The notes under the pieces are model-generated. The model had not been told where the DNA came from. It saw nothing but the letters and a program-made list of their open reading frames with translations, and did no database searches. The position numbers and the translations under genes were made by a program. A stretch of DNA of 64,000 bases, from NCBI GenBank assembly GCA_965205865.1, contig CBDBHR010000026.1:32001-96000 (forward strand). The letters run 5' to 3'. The number at the start of each line of letters is the position of its first letter. The first letter of the stretch is position 1. Below are positions 53,497 through 64,000 of this stretch, one piece after another. The stretch comes from a bacterium (GTDB lineage: Bacteria; SAR324; NAC60-12).

Positions 53497-54024
53497 ATGG
53501 CAGCTGATGGGACGCTACGGGTGTACCGTAACAAGGAACAGGAGCTTCCTGATACTTGGATCATTGATAAGCATGGGGTCCCCAGTCGGAACCCGAACGA
53601 TTTCTTCGATGGTGGGGCACACTTACCCGTCGGCGGGATGCAAGGGGGCCACAAGGGATATGCGCTCTCGGTCATGGTCGCGCTTTTCGGGGCACTTCTT
53701 GGCCAGATCGCTTTGCCTCCAAGAAAGATGGATCTGTGGGCAGGATCCACGATACTCATCATCGACCTGGGTCGCATGGCGCCCCTGGAAACCATCCGGG
53801 CCGAGGTCCAACATATGATGAAATACCTTCAAGACACTCCCCCGATGGAAGGATCGAGCGGGGTTTTCTTTCCGGGAGAAAGATCCGCCAATACGCGCCA
53901 AGAGCGATTGGCCCAGGGCATCCCGGTGGATCCCACCACTTGGGCTCAGGTAGAAGCCCTCTTCGACCAATACGGGGTCCGTGACCAATTGGCGGATGTC
54001 CTTCTCTCCGAAGGAAATCCCTAG
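53497..54024 (+). pseudogene. Ldh_2 (malate/L-lactate/ureidoglycolate dehydrogenase) 3' fragment
   Basis: GHKGYALS and FFPGE motifs; the N-half is missing at the IS boundary. Confidence 0.78.
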
Positions 54025-54044
54025 AATAGAAATAAGGAACTGTT

Positions 54045-55121
54045 ATGACATCAGCACAGAAACCATTGCGTTACATCCAGATTGGCGTAGGAGGACACGG
54101 ACAACATTGGTGTACAACCGTGATGCATCACTTGAAAAAACTTGGTCTTGCGATCCCTGTTGCAGCAGTCGACATCAATCCGGATGTGCTTGGTCAGGCG
54201 AAGCAACAGTTGAATCTTGACGACGCACAGCTCTATACCAAGGCGGAACAGGCACTGGCAGAACAAGATGCGGATTTTATCACCATCGTTGTTCCTCCGG
54301 CTGCTCATGAAGAAATGGTGGATTTGGCCATTCGATATGATGTCCACATCCTCTGTGAGAAACCGATTGCCGATACGATGGAGGCCAGTTGTCGAATCTA
54401 TCAAAAAGTCAAGGGGGCGGGGCTCAAGATGGCGGTGACGATGAGCCACCGCTTCGATCAAGACAAACAAACTCTGCAACGCCAAATTCATTCGGGCAAC
54501 TATGGTCGTTTGGACTATCTGGTGGGACGTAACACATGGACCTGTCGCAAACGCGGACAATGGGGATTGGAGTACCCCTATGACATTGCGGATCCCCTGC
54601 TGATTGAAGAATTGGTTCATCACTTCGATATCATGCGTTCGCTCTCGAGAGCCAATGCTGAATCCGTGCATTGTGTCACATGGAACCCTGAATGGAGTGA
54701 GTTCCAGGGAGATCCTCAAGCTGTGATGCTGGTGGAGATGGACAATGGCGTCAAAGTGGTTTACGAAGGTGCCAAAACCAATGCTTCACAACTGAATGGT
54801 GGGCTCCAGGATTATTGGCGTGCGGAATGCGAATTGGCGACCCTTGAACTCGATAAACGGCAACTGCGAATTCACGCACAACTTGAGGAAGCTTTCGAAA
54901 AGGAGATTCCTCTTCTCGAACAGGAAGCCTGGACGAATTCCTGGTTGGCAGAACTTTTCTGTCAGTGGTTGCTAGGGGGAGCCGAACCTCCAAACAGCCT
55001 TGAAGACAATATCCAGTGCGCCGCTCTCCTGTTTGCTGCCCTTGAGTCAGCGCATTCGAAAAAAATTGTCGAAGTCCAGCCATTCCTACAAAAATACTTG
55101 AATCAGGTTGGCCAAATTTAA
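54045..55121 (+). CDS. Gfo/Idh/MocA oxidoreductase
   Basis: IGVGGHG, LCEKP and HHFD motifs. Confidence 0.9.
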   Translation: MTSAQKPLRYIQIGVGGHGQHWCTTVMHHLKKLGLAIPVAAVDINPDVLGQAKQQLNLDDAQLYTKAEQALAEQDADFITIVVPPAAHEEMVDLAIRYDVHILCEKPIADTMEASCRIYQKVKGAGLKMAVTMSHRFDQDKQTLQRQIHSGNYGRLDYLVGRNTWTCRKRGQWGLEYPYDIADPLLIEELVHHFDIMRSLSRANAESVHCVTWNPEWSEFQGDPQAVMLVEMDNGVKVVYEGAKTNASQLNGGLQDYWRAECELATLELDKRQLRIHAQLEEAFEKEIPLLEQEAWTNSWLAELFCQWLLGGAEPPNSLEDNIQCAALLFAALESAHSKKIVEVQPFLQKYLNQVGQI

Positions 55122-55251
55122 AATAGAACAAGTCATTTGAGCTGATCGTTCAAAGCTTCTTCAGGGGTATCGCCAAAAACGGTTTTGGTATATAAACGGA
55201 TCTGTCGCTCAAGGATAAAAATTAACAACATTTTAACTTTTAAAAAACATT

Positions 55252-56691
55252 ATGGAAAAGATTCTGGATGTTAAGGAATTTAAAGAGCTTCATTTTAAGT
55301 CATTGCGGGAGGTAGCCGCCCTCCTCCAAAACCGGGACATTTCTTCCATCGAACTGACCCAAGCTCTCCTGAAGCGCATTGCATCCCTGGATGGGAGGCT
55401 GAAAAGTTATGCCACGGTGATGGCCGACCGGGCCCTGGCTGCCGCGGAGCAGGCAGATCAGGAGCTGGCGGAGAGGAAGTATCGGAGTCCTTTACATGGG
55501 ATCCCTATCGCGGTGAAAGATCTGTGTTTCACCAAGGGGATCCGAACAATGGGGGGAGCAGCGGTACTGGCCGATCATATTCCCAATGAGGATGCGACTG
55601 TCGTGACACGGCTGGCAGAAGCCGGGGCTGTTTTGCTGGGCAAGCTCAATCTGACGGAAGGAGCCATGGGGGGATATAATCCTCACTTTGAGACTCCCTT
55701 GAATCCCTGGAATCCGGGCGTGTGGTCGGGGGATTCCTCCAGCGGATCAGGGGTTGCTACTGCGGCAGGACTGGCCTATGGGACCCTGGGAAGTGACACA
55801 GGCGGGTCCATCCGCTTCCCGGCTGCCGCCTGTGGGGTGGTGGGCTTGAAGCCAACCTGGGGCAGAGTCAGCCGCTATGGCGTTCTGGCCCTCGCCGAGT
55901 CAATGGACCATGTCGGTCCACTGACCCGCAGTTCTGCCGATGCGGCAGTGATGCTCCAGGCCATTGCCGGTCATGACCCCAAGGATCCTACCTCGCTTTC
56001 TCTCCCGTTTCCGGACATGGTGAAACACCTGAATGCCGGGGTGAAAGGGGTCCGGATCGGGTTCGATGAACAAGGGCTGGGGCAACACGCCGATACGGAG
56101 TTGGCCGAAGCAGTCGCTTCCGGGGTGCGGGTCTTAGAGCAGCTTGGTGCCGAAGTGATCGAAATTCAGTTCCCCGATGTGGACGAATTTTTACCCGCCT
56201 GGCCCACTCTCTGCTCTGCCGAAGCGGTATTAGCCCATGAAGCGACCTATCCCTCTCGTCGTGAGGAGTATGGGCCCTGGTTTCGTGGCTGGCTGGACAT
56301 GGGAGCCAAGGTCAGTGGCGCCGAGTACGCCAGGGCCAATAATCTGCGAGCTGCCTGCAATGGGCGGTTTCGAGAAATCTTTGAGACCATTGATGTGTTG
56401 GCTTGCCCCTCGATGCCGGGTCCTCCCTTTCCAATGACCCCTGAACAGTTATATGGCCCCATGGATAAATATGACCCTTCCTACCCTTCCTGGCAAAGAT
56501 TCACCATCCCTTTTGATTTCAATGGCACTCCGACACTCTCGGTTCCGTGTGGGTTCAATCAGGACGGCATACCCCTGTCCCTCCAGTTCGTCGGACACCC
56601 GCTCAGGGAACCTCTCCTTTGCCAGGTCGGCCATGCCTACGAGGAGGCGACGGAATGGCATACCCTGCAACCGAATTTAGAAGAGGGATAG
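55252..56691 (+). CDS. Amidase-signature enzyme
   Basis: GIPIAVKD, GDSSSGSG and GSDTGGSIRFP motifs. Confidence 0.93.
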   Translation: MEKILDVKEFKELHFKSLREVAALLQNRDISSIELTQALLKRIASLDGRLKSYATVMADRALAAAEQADQELAERKYRSPLHGIPIAVKDLCFTKGIRTMGGAAVLADHIPNEDATVVTRLAEAGAVLLGKLNLTEGAMGGYNPHFETPLNPWNPGVWSGDSSSGSGVATAAGLAYGTLGSDTGGSIRFPAAACGVVGLKPTWGRVSRYGVLALAESMDHVGPLTRSSADAAVMLQAIAGHDPKDPTSLSLPFPDMVKHLNAGVKGVRIGFDEQGLGQHADTELAEAVASGVRVLEQLGAEVIEIQFPDVDEFLPAWPTLCSAEAVLAHEATYPSRREEYGPWFRGWLDMGAKVSGAEYARANNLRAACNGRFREIFETIDVLACPSMPGPPFPMTPEQLYGPMDKYDPSYPSWQRFTIPFDFNGTPTLSVPCGFNQDGIPLSLQFVGHPLREPLLCQVGHAYEEATEWHTLQPNLEEG

Positions 56692-56746
56692 TCAAAAGGA
56701 CGATTCTATCCATGCATAACCTACATCTAGATACAGGAGAAATGAA

Positions 56747-57625
56747 ATGGACGTCTCCCCACTGACGACCTTTCTCGGCGCCGAAATCGCCGGAGTGGAT
56801 CCGCGTCATCTGAATGCCGGTCTGATTCAGGAGATCGAGAACGTTCTGCATCAATACTCGGCGGTTTTCTTTCGCGACCAGCCAGAACTTTCCCCAGCGG
56901 AGCTCACGGATCTAGCCAGCGCATTCGGGCCTGTTTTTTCCCCCCACCCATCCGCCAGAGCCCTCGGCGTCCAAAGCAGCGGAAATAACCCCCGAGGATC
57001 AGACTTTCCCGGCATCATAAAGCTTGAAGCGGGCCCCGATACCAAAAACCCACAGGAAGGTAAATGGCACTCGGACACTACCTGCGACAAGGAACCTCCT
57101 ATACTCTCAATAATTCAGATGCACGAGGTTCCACCAGTCGGAGGGGATACCGTTTTCTCCAGCATGTATGCAGCGTACGAAGCGTTGTCACCACGTATGA
57201 AGCAGATGCTCGATGGTTTGACGGCACGACACGATGGAGCAAGGACTTACCTTTTACTGCGCGGAAATAGTGATGTACCCGCATACCGGGACGGCCATCC
57301 CGAAGCCGTTCACCCCGTCGTGATACGTCATCATGGAAGTGGCAGACCTGCGCTTTTTGTCAATCGAGAGTTAACGGCCGAACTCAACGACTTGCCGCAG
57401 GGAGAAGGTGAAGCGCTGCTCAAGTTCCTGTTTGATCATACCGAAAAGGCTAATTTTCAGTGCCGATTTCGCTGGTCACCTAACGCGGTCGCGATCTGGG
57501 ACAATCACGGTATCCTGCATAAACCGACGTTTGATTACTGGCCACAGGTTCGCACGGGGCGTCTCGCCGGAGTTTGTGGTCCAGTTCCCAAGATGTGGCG
57601 GTTGGCAGAAGCGCCTCCACTTTAA
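56747..57625 (+). CDS. TauD/TfdA 2OG-dependent dioxygenase
   Basis: WHSD, GGDT, HPVV and WDN..ILH motifs. Confidence 0.9.
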   Translation: MDVSPLTTFLGAEIAGVDPRHLNAGLIQEIENVLHQYSAVFFRDQPELSPAELTDLASAFGPVFSPHPSARALGVQSSGNNPRGSDFPGIIKLEAGPDTKNPQEGKWHSDTTCDKEPPILSIIQMHEVPPVGGDTVFSSMYAAYEALSPRMKQMLDGLTARHDGARTYLLLRGNSDVPAYRDGHPEAVHPVVIRHHGSGRPALFVNRELTAELNDLPQGEGEALLKFLFDHTEKANFQCRFRWSPNAVAIWDNHGILHKPTFDYWPQVRTGRLAGVCGPVPKMWRLAEAPPL

Positions 57626-57690
57626 ATTTAAGTGAACATTTGACCCTATAAAAGGGGAGTCTCAACACATATTATGACAGGAGGTAAAAA

Positions 57691-58470
57691 ATGGGTAAAT
57701 CTGATTTTTCGTTAGCAAATCAAGTGGCTATTGTTACCGGAGGTGGCACGGGAATAGGGCGGGCTATTGCTTTGGAATTTGCCGAGTTCGGAGCTGATGT
57801 GGTTATTGCCAGCCGGAGACTGGATGTCCTGGAGAAGGCAGCCGAGGAAATTAGAGCTCTGGGTAGACGTTCCTTGGCTGTCAAAGCTGACATCTCTAAA
57901 AAGACGGATAACGATCACCTTGTTCAAAAGGTAATGGAGGAATTTGGTCGTATTGATATTCTGGTGAACAATGGGGGAGTTGGTTCAAAAGTACCCGATA
58001 AACTCGTGCCCCTCATTGAAGTGGATGAAGACGAGTGGGACTTGATTATGGATACTAATCTCAAAGGCACTTACTTTTGTTGCCAAGCCGTGGGTCAGAG
58101 GATGATCGAACAGAGAAAAGGGAACATTATCAACATAACCTCAGGTGACGGAAAACGAGTGTCTGGTGGGCTAGGGACAACCTACAATGTTGCCAAAGCA
58201 GGTGCCATCATGCTGACCCAGTGCCTGGCTTGGGATTTCGGTAAACACAATATACGGATTAACTCGATTGCACCGGGGTATACCAAGACCGAGAGGGGTC
58301 GATACTTATGGAGTGATCCTGAGATCTTGAAGATGCTTGAGAGCAGAAGGCCGTTGGGGCGAATAGGTGAGCCGGAGGAAATTGCCAGTGCCGCGTTATT
58401 TCTGGCTTCTGATGCCTCCAGCTATATGACAGGACAGACAATAAACGTTTGTGGTGGCGTGCACAACTAG
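57691..58470 (+). CDS. SDR oxidoreductase
   Basis: TGGGTGIG, LVNN, YNVAK and IAPG motifs. Confidence 0.9.
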   Translation: MGKSDFSLANQVAIVTGGGTGIGRAIALEFAEFGADVVIASRRLDVLEKAAEEIRALGRRSLAVKADISKKTDNDHLVQKVMEEFGRIDILVNNGGVGSKVPDKLVPLIEVDEDEWDLIMDTNLKGTYFCCQAVGQRMIEQRKGNIINITSGDGKRVSGGLGTTYNVAKAGAIMLTQCLAWDFGKHNIRINSIAPGYTKTERGRYLWSDPEILKMLESRRPLGRIGEPEEIASAALFLASDASSYMTGQTINVCGGVHN

Positions 58471-58614
58471 ATTTATTCGTGGTCTTGGTTGGAAGAAATT
58501 CATTATCAGTCGCGCTCACTGCAAAATTCTCAATAATTGAAATTCGGTTGAAGTGCTGACGTAATTTGACGACGAGAACCGCCCAATCGAAAACGCGCTG
58601 GATAGGTGAAAGAC

Positions 58615-58764
58615 ATGAGAAAGAAAGTTGTTCGGTATGGTCTTATTTCGACTTCACAGATTGGCATGAAGGTCCACCTTCCTGCCTCGCTCGAATCGAA
58701 AAACTCAGAAATTGTTTCAATCTCATCACGAACGGCTTCCAAAGATCTTGAAAAGGTAGCATGA
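58615..58764 (+). pseudogene. Gfo/Idh/MocA N-terminal fragment
   Basis: MRKKVVRYGLISTSQIG...EIVSISSR. Confidence 0.6.
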
Positions 58765-58796
58765 AATCAAAATCACGAACACCTATGGGAGGCTGA

Positions 58797-59567
58797 CTGG
58801 ATGGCAAGGTCGCGATCATCACGGGCGCAGCTGGCGGCATCGGATCGCGGCTGACGAGGGCTTTCCTGAACGAAGGTGCGAAGGTCGCGGCCGTCGACGT
58901 CAGCGAGGCGGCGCTCGCGAGGTTCGGCGCCGTGCACGCGCTCGTGAACAACGCGGGCGTCAGCATGAATTTCGTGCGCTCGGACTACCTGACGCAACCT
59001 GTCAGGACCGACGAGCTGAGTCCGCAAGTTTGGGATCGGATCGTGGGCGTCAACCTCTCCGGTGCGTGGTACCTGAGCTACGACGTGCTGCCACACATGG
59101 TCGATCAGGACTACGGCCGAATCATCAACGTAACGACGAGCTTCAACGGGATGCTGTTTGTCGGTGGGCAACCCTTCGGGGCTTCCAAGGCCGGTATGGA
59201 GGCGATGTCCGTGAGCCACGCTGGCGAGTTCCGCGGCACCGGCGTCACCATGAACGTGGTCGTGCCGGGCGGGGGGGCGGACACGCCGATGATACCGAAA
59301 GAGGCGCCGTATGCGCGCAGTGACCTGATCGATCCCGAGTGCATGGCGCCACCGATGATCTGGTTCGACGCCGAGGCAGGCGACGACGTGACCGGCCGGC
59401 GTTACATCGCTGCAAACTGGGATCCCGATATCGACTTCGACGCGGCCTCGGCAGCCTGCTCGCGTCCCGCCGCGTGGCCCGATCTCACGCACGATCACAT
59501 CGCGTCCGGGTCACGGAAACGCCAGGCGATCATCCAGACCGCCTTAGCATTCATAACCTTCACTTAA
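58797..59567 (+). pseudogene. SDR pseudogene (no start codon, internal deletion)
   Basis: LDGKVAIITGAAGGIG joined directly to FGAVHALVNNAG. Confidence 0.75.
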
Positions 59568-59612
59568 CCATATGAACCTGAATATAACTTTCATTTCAAC
59601 TATGTGCTCAAG

Positions 59613-60608
59613 CGGTGACAGCGCCCCGACCCACATCCGTTTCCACGTGCAGCCCCTGTCCGGTACGACCTTCGGCGGATTTGTCGACATTTCCGATGCC
59701 GCCGAGGCGGAGCCGGATACGCTGCCCCGCGCGCTCTACGAGTCCAAAGGATTTCTGCTGCTGCGCGGCATGAAGGCGTTTTCGGACGATCCGGCGCTGC
59801 TCGTGCGGTTGAGCCGGCTGTTCGGCCCGGAGGTGGAAAACTACACCGAGACCCTGACGGAGCAGCCCTGGTGCACCCGCAGGTGCAGGAAATCGTCATC
59901 GTTTCAAATGTTCCGCCGGTCAGCCGGATGCTGCCGACGCGGCCCGATCCACCGCTTACCGAAGACGGCGAGCTGCCGACGCGCTTCCCGCACCGGCGCG
60001 GCTGGCACACCGACCAGAGCTTCCGCCGCCCGCCGCCGGACATCTCGCTGTTCTACGCGGTGAAGGCCGCGCCGAAGGGCAAGGGGCAAACGCTCATTGT
60101 CAACGGGATCTTGGCCTACGAGGCGCTGCCGCCGGACCTCAAGGCGCGGGTCGACGGGCTCAAGGGCATTCACGCCAGTTCGGCGAACCTGCGGACCGAA
60201 GATGCGGTGCGCGACGGCAAAACGCCGCGGACACTGCAGCCGCACGAGTTGCCGCTACGCCAGCCGGTCGTGCGCACGCATCCCGTGACCGGCGAGAAAG
60301 CCTTGTACCTGTGCGAGCCCGGTCAGATGGACTGGCTCGAAGGGCCGTTCGTCGGCATGGAGCCCGGCCCGGACGGCGAGGGCGGCAAGCTGTTGTACGA
60401 ACTTATGCGGCGCTACACGCAGCCGGAGTTCGTCTACGTGCACAACTGGGAGAACGACAACCTCGTGATCTGGGACAACCGCTGCCTGGTTCACGCGGCA
60501 ACGTGGTTCGACGCCGACAAGCATGAGCGGGTGATGTGGCGCACCACGGTGCACGGCAATCCCGGCGAGGAATACCTAGGCGAAAAGAAGAGCTGGATCG
60601 CGGCGTGA
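59613..60608 (+). pseudogene. TauD/TfdA dioxygenase with a frameshift near 59870 and a damaged 5' end
   Basis: WHTDQS, VRTHP and WDNRCLVH motifs; GC-rich. Confidence 0.8.
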
Positions 60609-60861
60609 GGGCCGCCGTCGTTTCAGCCGCCGTGTGAATTACACGCTCGGTATTGCTGATCAGAAACGTCTTCAGGTTGTCACAGCGCAGGTGACGCCAG
60701 GGAGTTTTTGAGAGCTGACGTAATTTGACAATGAGAACCGGCCAATTGAAAACGCGCTGGATTCCAGTCGATTACGTGAATTTACGAGAAACGGGGCGTC
60801 GAATGACAGAGCCACTGCCTGTCGCCTCTCTCAATACATAACCTTAAAATAGGAGTCAAAC

Positions 60862-61311
60862 ATGACTGAACAACGTATCACAGGATGGAACAAGCAGACA
60901 CCAGCATTCACGGTACAAACTGCCGAAGGCCGTCACCCTGGTCAGAAGGTTCAGGAATTTGGATCGGGTTTCCGGGGGAACGTGCTATATGCCGACCTTG
61001 GCCTCGCAGAAGCGACAGGCGGCCAATTCCGCGTGCACCTTGAAAAATGGAACCCGGAATTACGCAAAAAAAACAAGGAGGCTGGTGTTAAACAGACGTC
61101 CGGTATGCACCATCATGAATATAACTTTCATTTCAACTATGTGCTCAAGGGGTGGACCAGTTTCGAGATTGAAGGGGTGGAAGGGAGATTGACCTTCAGA
61201 GCGGGCGATAGTTTCTTTCTACCGCACGGGATTCTTCATAACGAAACTGGTGCCTCTGACGACGTCGAGATCTTGAAAGTCTTCGGACCCGGCAATGTCG
61301 CAACAGAGTAA
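60862..61311 (+). CDS. Cupin-domain protein
   Basis: HHH...YVLKGW...GDSFFLP.GILHNE. Confidence 0.85.
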   Translation: MTEQRITGWNKQTPAFTVQTAEGRHPGQKVQEFGSGFRGNVLYADLGLAEATGGQFRVHLEKWNPELRKKNKEAGVKQTSGMHHHEYNFHFNYVLKGWTSFEIEGVEGRLTFRAGDSFFLPHGILHNETGASDDVEILKVFGPGNVATE

Positions 61312-61366
61312 TTGCAGGAGTCAGTATGAAGCCAAACGTGACAAACTCTCAAAGTAGAAACACATC

Positions 61367-62110
61367 ATGAAATTCAGAGCCAATAAGATTATTGAGAAAA
61401 ACAAGCAGGGCAAAAAGGGTATCGGCCTGAGTCTGCTTTATCCGAGTGCCGAGGCCATCGAGATCATCGGCATGCTCGGGGGTTTTGATTTTATTCAACT
61501 CGACGGTGAACACGGCTTGTTCACGCCGGAGTCGATTGATGACATGTGCCGAGTCGCTGACGGCTTTGGTCTCAATGTCATCGCGCGGGTGCCAAATATT
61601 AGTGCCTCCACTATCGATTCGTATCTTGATCGTGGCATCACGGGCATTTGGGGACCGCACATCGAAACTGTAGAACAGGCGCAGCAGTTCGCTGACGCGA
61701 GCTTATTTGCACCGGACGGTCAACGCAGCTGGGGCGGTGGGCGCGGCAATTATTACAACAATTCCGCGTTGATCGACATTCCGGGGAGCGAACGCACCGA
61801 GTACATGCAGCAGACCAACGCCAATATGCCGGTGGTGTGTCAGCTCGAAAGTGCCCGGGCATTTGAGAACCTGGACGCCATTCTTGAGGTTAAAGGATTT
61901 GATGGCTATATCTTTGGACCAAACGACTTGGCGTCTTCCATGGGTCTTCCGGGGCAGCCGAGTCACCCCGATGTGGTCGCCGCAGAGCGCCAGATGGCGA
62001 ATCGAATCCACGCCGCCGCCGGTAAGCTGTACAGTGACCTCATGGTGGTTATCGAATTGCGACACCTGATCGTGGATGGGGCGCAACAATTCCTTGCTGA
62101 CAACAACTAA
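61367..62110 (+). CDS. HpcH/HpaI aldolase family
   Basis: LDGEHG, QLES and GPNDLASSMG motifs. Confidence 0.88.
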   Translation: MKFRANKIIEKNKQGKKGIGLSLLYPSAEAIEIIGMLGGFDFIQLDGEHGLFTPESIDDMCRVADGFGLNVIARVPNISASTIDSYLDRGITGIWGPHIETVEQAQQFADASLFAPDGQRSWGGGRGNYYNNSALIDIPGSERTEYMQQTNANMPVVCQLESARAFENLDAILEVKGFDGYIFGPNDLASSMGLPGQPSHPDVVAAERQMANRIHAAAGKLYSDLMVVIELRHLIVDGAQQFLADNN

Positions 62111-62393
62111 CAAAGAGAGAAACGCGATGGTGACCTTCCCACCTCTGTCTCCCCTTGCTCCGGAAAGCCGAAAAGGACTTCTGGAACTGGCCCGAGTTCA
62201 CGATCCTATTGTCCTCAGCTGGGGGAAATAAGAACCGAAACTTCCTTCAAATTTCCAGGAACAGAAGGGCAATGGGGAATTTGGAACATCATCGACGCCT
62301 TAGTTCGTCCTTATTTTCGTTCAATTTTTTATAATAAGAGATTGATTTTGTGGAAGAAATCAAGCTCGAATCGTCAATCCGAAAGAGAAAGGG

Positions 62394-63317
62394 ATGGTTA
62401 TGGATCGAAAAGATAATTTAAATCGATGCTTGGTGCATCGGGTCGGTGATCTCAGCCTGCACTCGCTGGTCGAAGAGGTCGAACCCGCTGGCCCCCTCGA
62501 GAAGCATTTTCCGGACGCTCGGTCGGAGGACTACACGCCACATCTCGATTGGCTGTCTCCGGCTGCCTACGACCGAAATCTCGGTCAAATGATCCTGCCG
62601 GTACATTCTTATCTGGTACGAACCTCCCACCACAACGTGCTGATCGACACCTGCATCGGCAACTGCAAGCAGGCGCCGGGCATGCCGAACTGGCACCAAC
62701 GCCAAGATTATCGTTTGCCGCAGATGTTGAGCGACTCCGGCGTCGCGCCCGAGCAAGTCGACTATGTGCTGTGTACCCACCTGCATCTGGACCACGTCGG
62801 TTGGAACACCAAACAGCAAGACGGGCGATGGGTACCGACTTTTCCCAACGCGCGCTACCTGTTCTCCCGCACCGAGCTCGCGTACTCCGAGCGCTGTGCC
62901 GCACAGGGTGATCCGATTTACGAAGAGAGCGTGGTGCCGATCCTCAAGGCGGGCTTGGCCGATCTGGTCGACACTGATCACACGCTCGACGACGAAATGT
63001 GGCTCGAGCCATTGCCGGGGCATACGCCGGGCCAGTGCGGCGTGTGTCTCGCCTCGCGCGGCGAGCGGGCGGTGATGGTGGGGGACGCGATTCACAATCC
63101 GATTCAACTCGCCTTTCCGCACTGGAGTCCATACGTCGATGATGATCCGGTCCAGGGTCGCGTCACGCGTCGGGCGATGCTCGAGCGCTACTGCGACTCC
63201 GGCACGTTGTTCATGACTGCGCATTTTCCGCTGCCGTCCATGGGCTACGTGTTGCCCGGCGAGCTCGCCTTTCGGCTGCGCTATGTGGGTGACGCGGCGA
63301 TGGTGCACGGCGCCTGA
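62394..63317 (+). CDS. Metallo-beta-lactamase-fold hydrolase
   Basis: THLHLDHVGWN, PGHTPG and AHF motifs. Confidence 0.9.
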   Translation: MVMDRKDNLNRCLVHRVGDLSLHSLVEEVEPAGPLEKHFPDARSEDYTPHLDWLSPAAYDRNLGQMILPVHSYLVRTSHHNVLIDTCIGNCKQAPGMPNWHQRQDYRLPQMLSDSGVAPEQVDYVLCTHLHLDHVGWNTKQQDGRWVPTFPNARYLFSRTELAYSERCAAQGDPIYEESVVPILKAGLADLVDTDHTLDDEMWLEPLPGHTPGQCGVCLASRGERAVMVGDAIHNPIQLAFPHWSPYVDDDPVQGRVTRRAMLERYCDSGTLFMTAHFPLPSMGYVLPGELAFRLRYVGDAAMVHGA

Positions 63318-63391
63318 CCACGTGGTGGCCATCCGCGAACGCGGCTGAATCCGTGAGGAATCGGGAAACAACGCTTTTCCGATACCGTGTC

Positions 63392-63456
63392 CATAGACGA
63401 CCAGGATGGTCGTCTATGAACGAAGATAAAGTTGGCCCGCTCCGGAAGAGCGGGCC
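63392..63456. repeat. Two perfect hairpins (REP-like)
   Basis: catagacgacca-gga-tggtcgtctatg and ggcccgctc-cggaa-gagcgggcc. Confidence 0.6.
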
Positions 63457-63726
63457 GAGGGAGGGGCCCGCGCTGGGAGGGGAGGCAGGCCCTGGGGAGG
63501 AGAGTATCTTTCGACGAGATGCGGCGCAAATGTTGCGCTCGTGAGTACGATTCGTGCAAAAGCGGCTGCACTTCGTGGCCAGAATGTGGCGGCATGCACC
63601 GGGCTTTTGTCGTTACACTCGCGGCCATTCCGCCCAGAGACCTGCTGACTGATGACCGTTGTTGTTGCCGTGCCCAAAGAGGATCGCGCCGTCATTTCGG
63701 CTGACTCCGGGCAGTCCGACAGCTCG

Positions 63727-64000
63727 ATGCTGGTGCCCCAAGCACTTCTATTGCGGCTACAGCAACTGTCCAAAAAATTCGGCGATGTCACTGCCTTGGA
63801 CAAGCTGCAAATCGATGTCGCGGACGGTGAATTTCTCACCCTGCTGGAACCTTCCGGCTGTGGTAAAAGCACTGCGCTGTATTGTATCGCCGGCCTGGAG
63901 CGTCCGACCTCGGGTGAGATCCTATTCGACGGCAAAGCAGTGACAGAGCTCGAACCACATGAGCGCAATATCGTAATGGTGTTTCAGGATTACGCGCTCT
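63727..64000 (+). CDS. ABC transporter ATP-binding protein (MalK/PotA-like), runs off the window
   Basis: GEFLTLLEPSGCGKST (Walker A with G->E) and MVFQDYAL. Confidence 0.8.
   Translation, partial: MLVPQALLLRLQQLSKKFGDVTALDKLQIDVADGEFLTLLEPSGCGKSTALYCIAGLERPTSGEILFDGKAVTELEPHERNIVMVFQDYAL

Larger units (their letters stand above)
58555..60762. repeat. 49-bp imperfect direct repeats (58555-58603 and 60714-60762)
   Basis: gctgacgtaatttgac..gagaacc..ccaat.gaaaacgcgctggat. Confidence 0.8.

Noticed and set aside
55130-55195. HicB-like FGDTPEEAL fragment on the minus strand
   Set aside because: Too short to support a call.
58794-58796. In-frame TGA before the SDR as a second Sec codon
   Set aside because: Not a Cys or redox position; it lies at a junction between a Gfo fragment and a deleted SDR.
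62418-63371. Long antisense ORFs (also 12361-13125, 27866-28666, 26290-26982, 58773-59498)
   Set aside because: Opposite-strand shadows of well-supported genes.

Overview
Bacterial chromosomal window; the gene content suggests a deltaproteobacterial/SAR324-like host, but that is an inference. It has four zones. (1) 0.3-10.2 kb: housekeeping block with an unannotated ArsC-like selenoprotein candidate (in-frame UGA, UxxC), a gmhB-like HAD phosphatase and recC-recB-recD (recD frameshifted). (2) 10.3-29.8 kb: minus-strand type I restriction-modification locus (hsdM, hsdS, hsdR) stretched by about 12 kb of defence-type cargo. The cargo includes a TIR protein, vsr, an HgiDII-like C5 methylase with an IS630-split GHKL restriction enzyme, a HEPN-like protein, AlbA/AAA fragments and an ImmA-DUF4411 pair. 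Cargo blocks are bracketed by short remnants of hsdM ends, hsdS starts and hsdS ends, and the hsdS carries two near-identical TRDs. (3) 30-35 kb: CPBP protease, DegT aminotransferase, msrPQ and a DUF805 protein. (4) 35-64 kb: eroding catabolic/transport region (peptide-type ABC transporter, PhyH, TauD, amidase, SDRs, kinase plus PLP enzyme pair, aldolase, MBL hydrolase) with IS elements (ISNCY-like x2, IS1380, IS1595, IS5), a RAYT-like pseudogene, REP-like palindromes and spliced gene fragments. Family calls come from motif recognition by eye, not from database searches. No rRNA, tRNA or CRISPR array was recognised.
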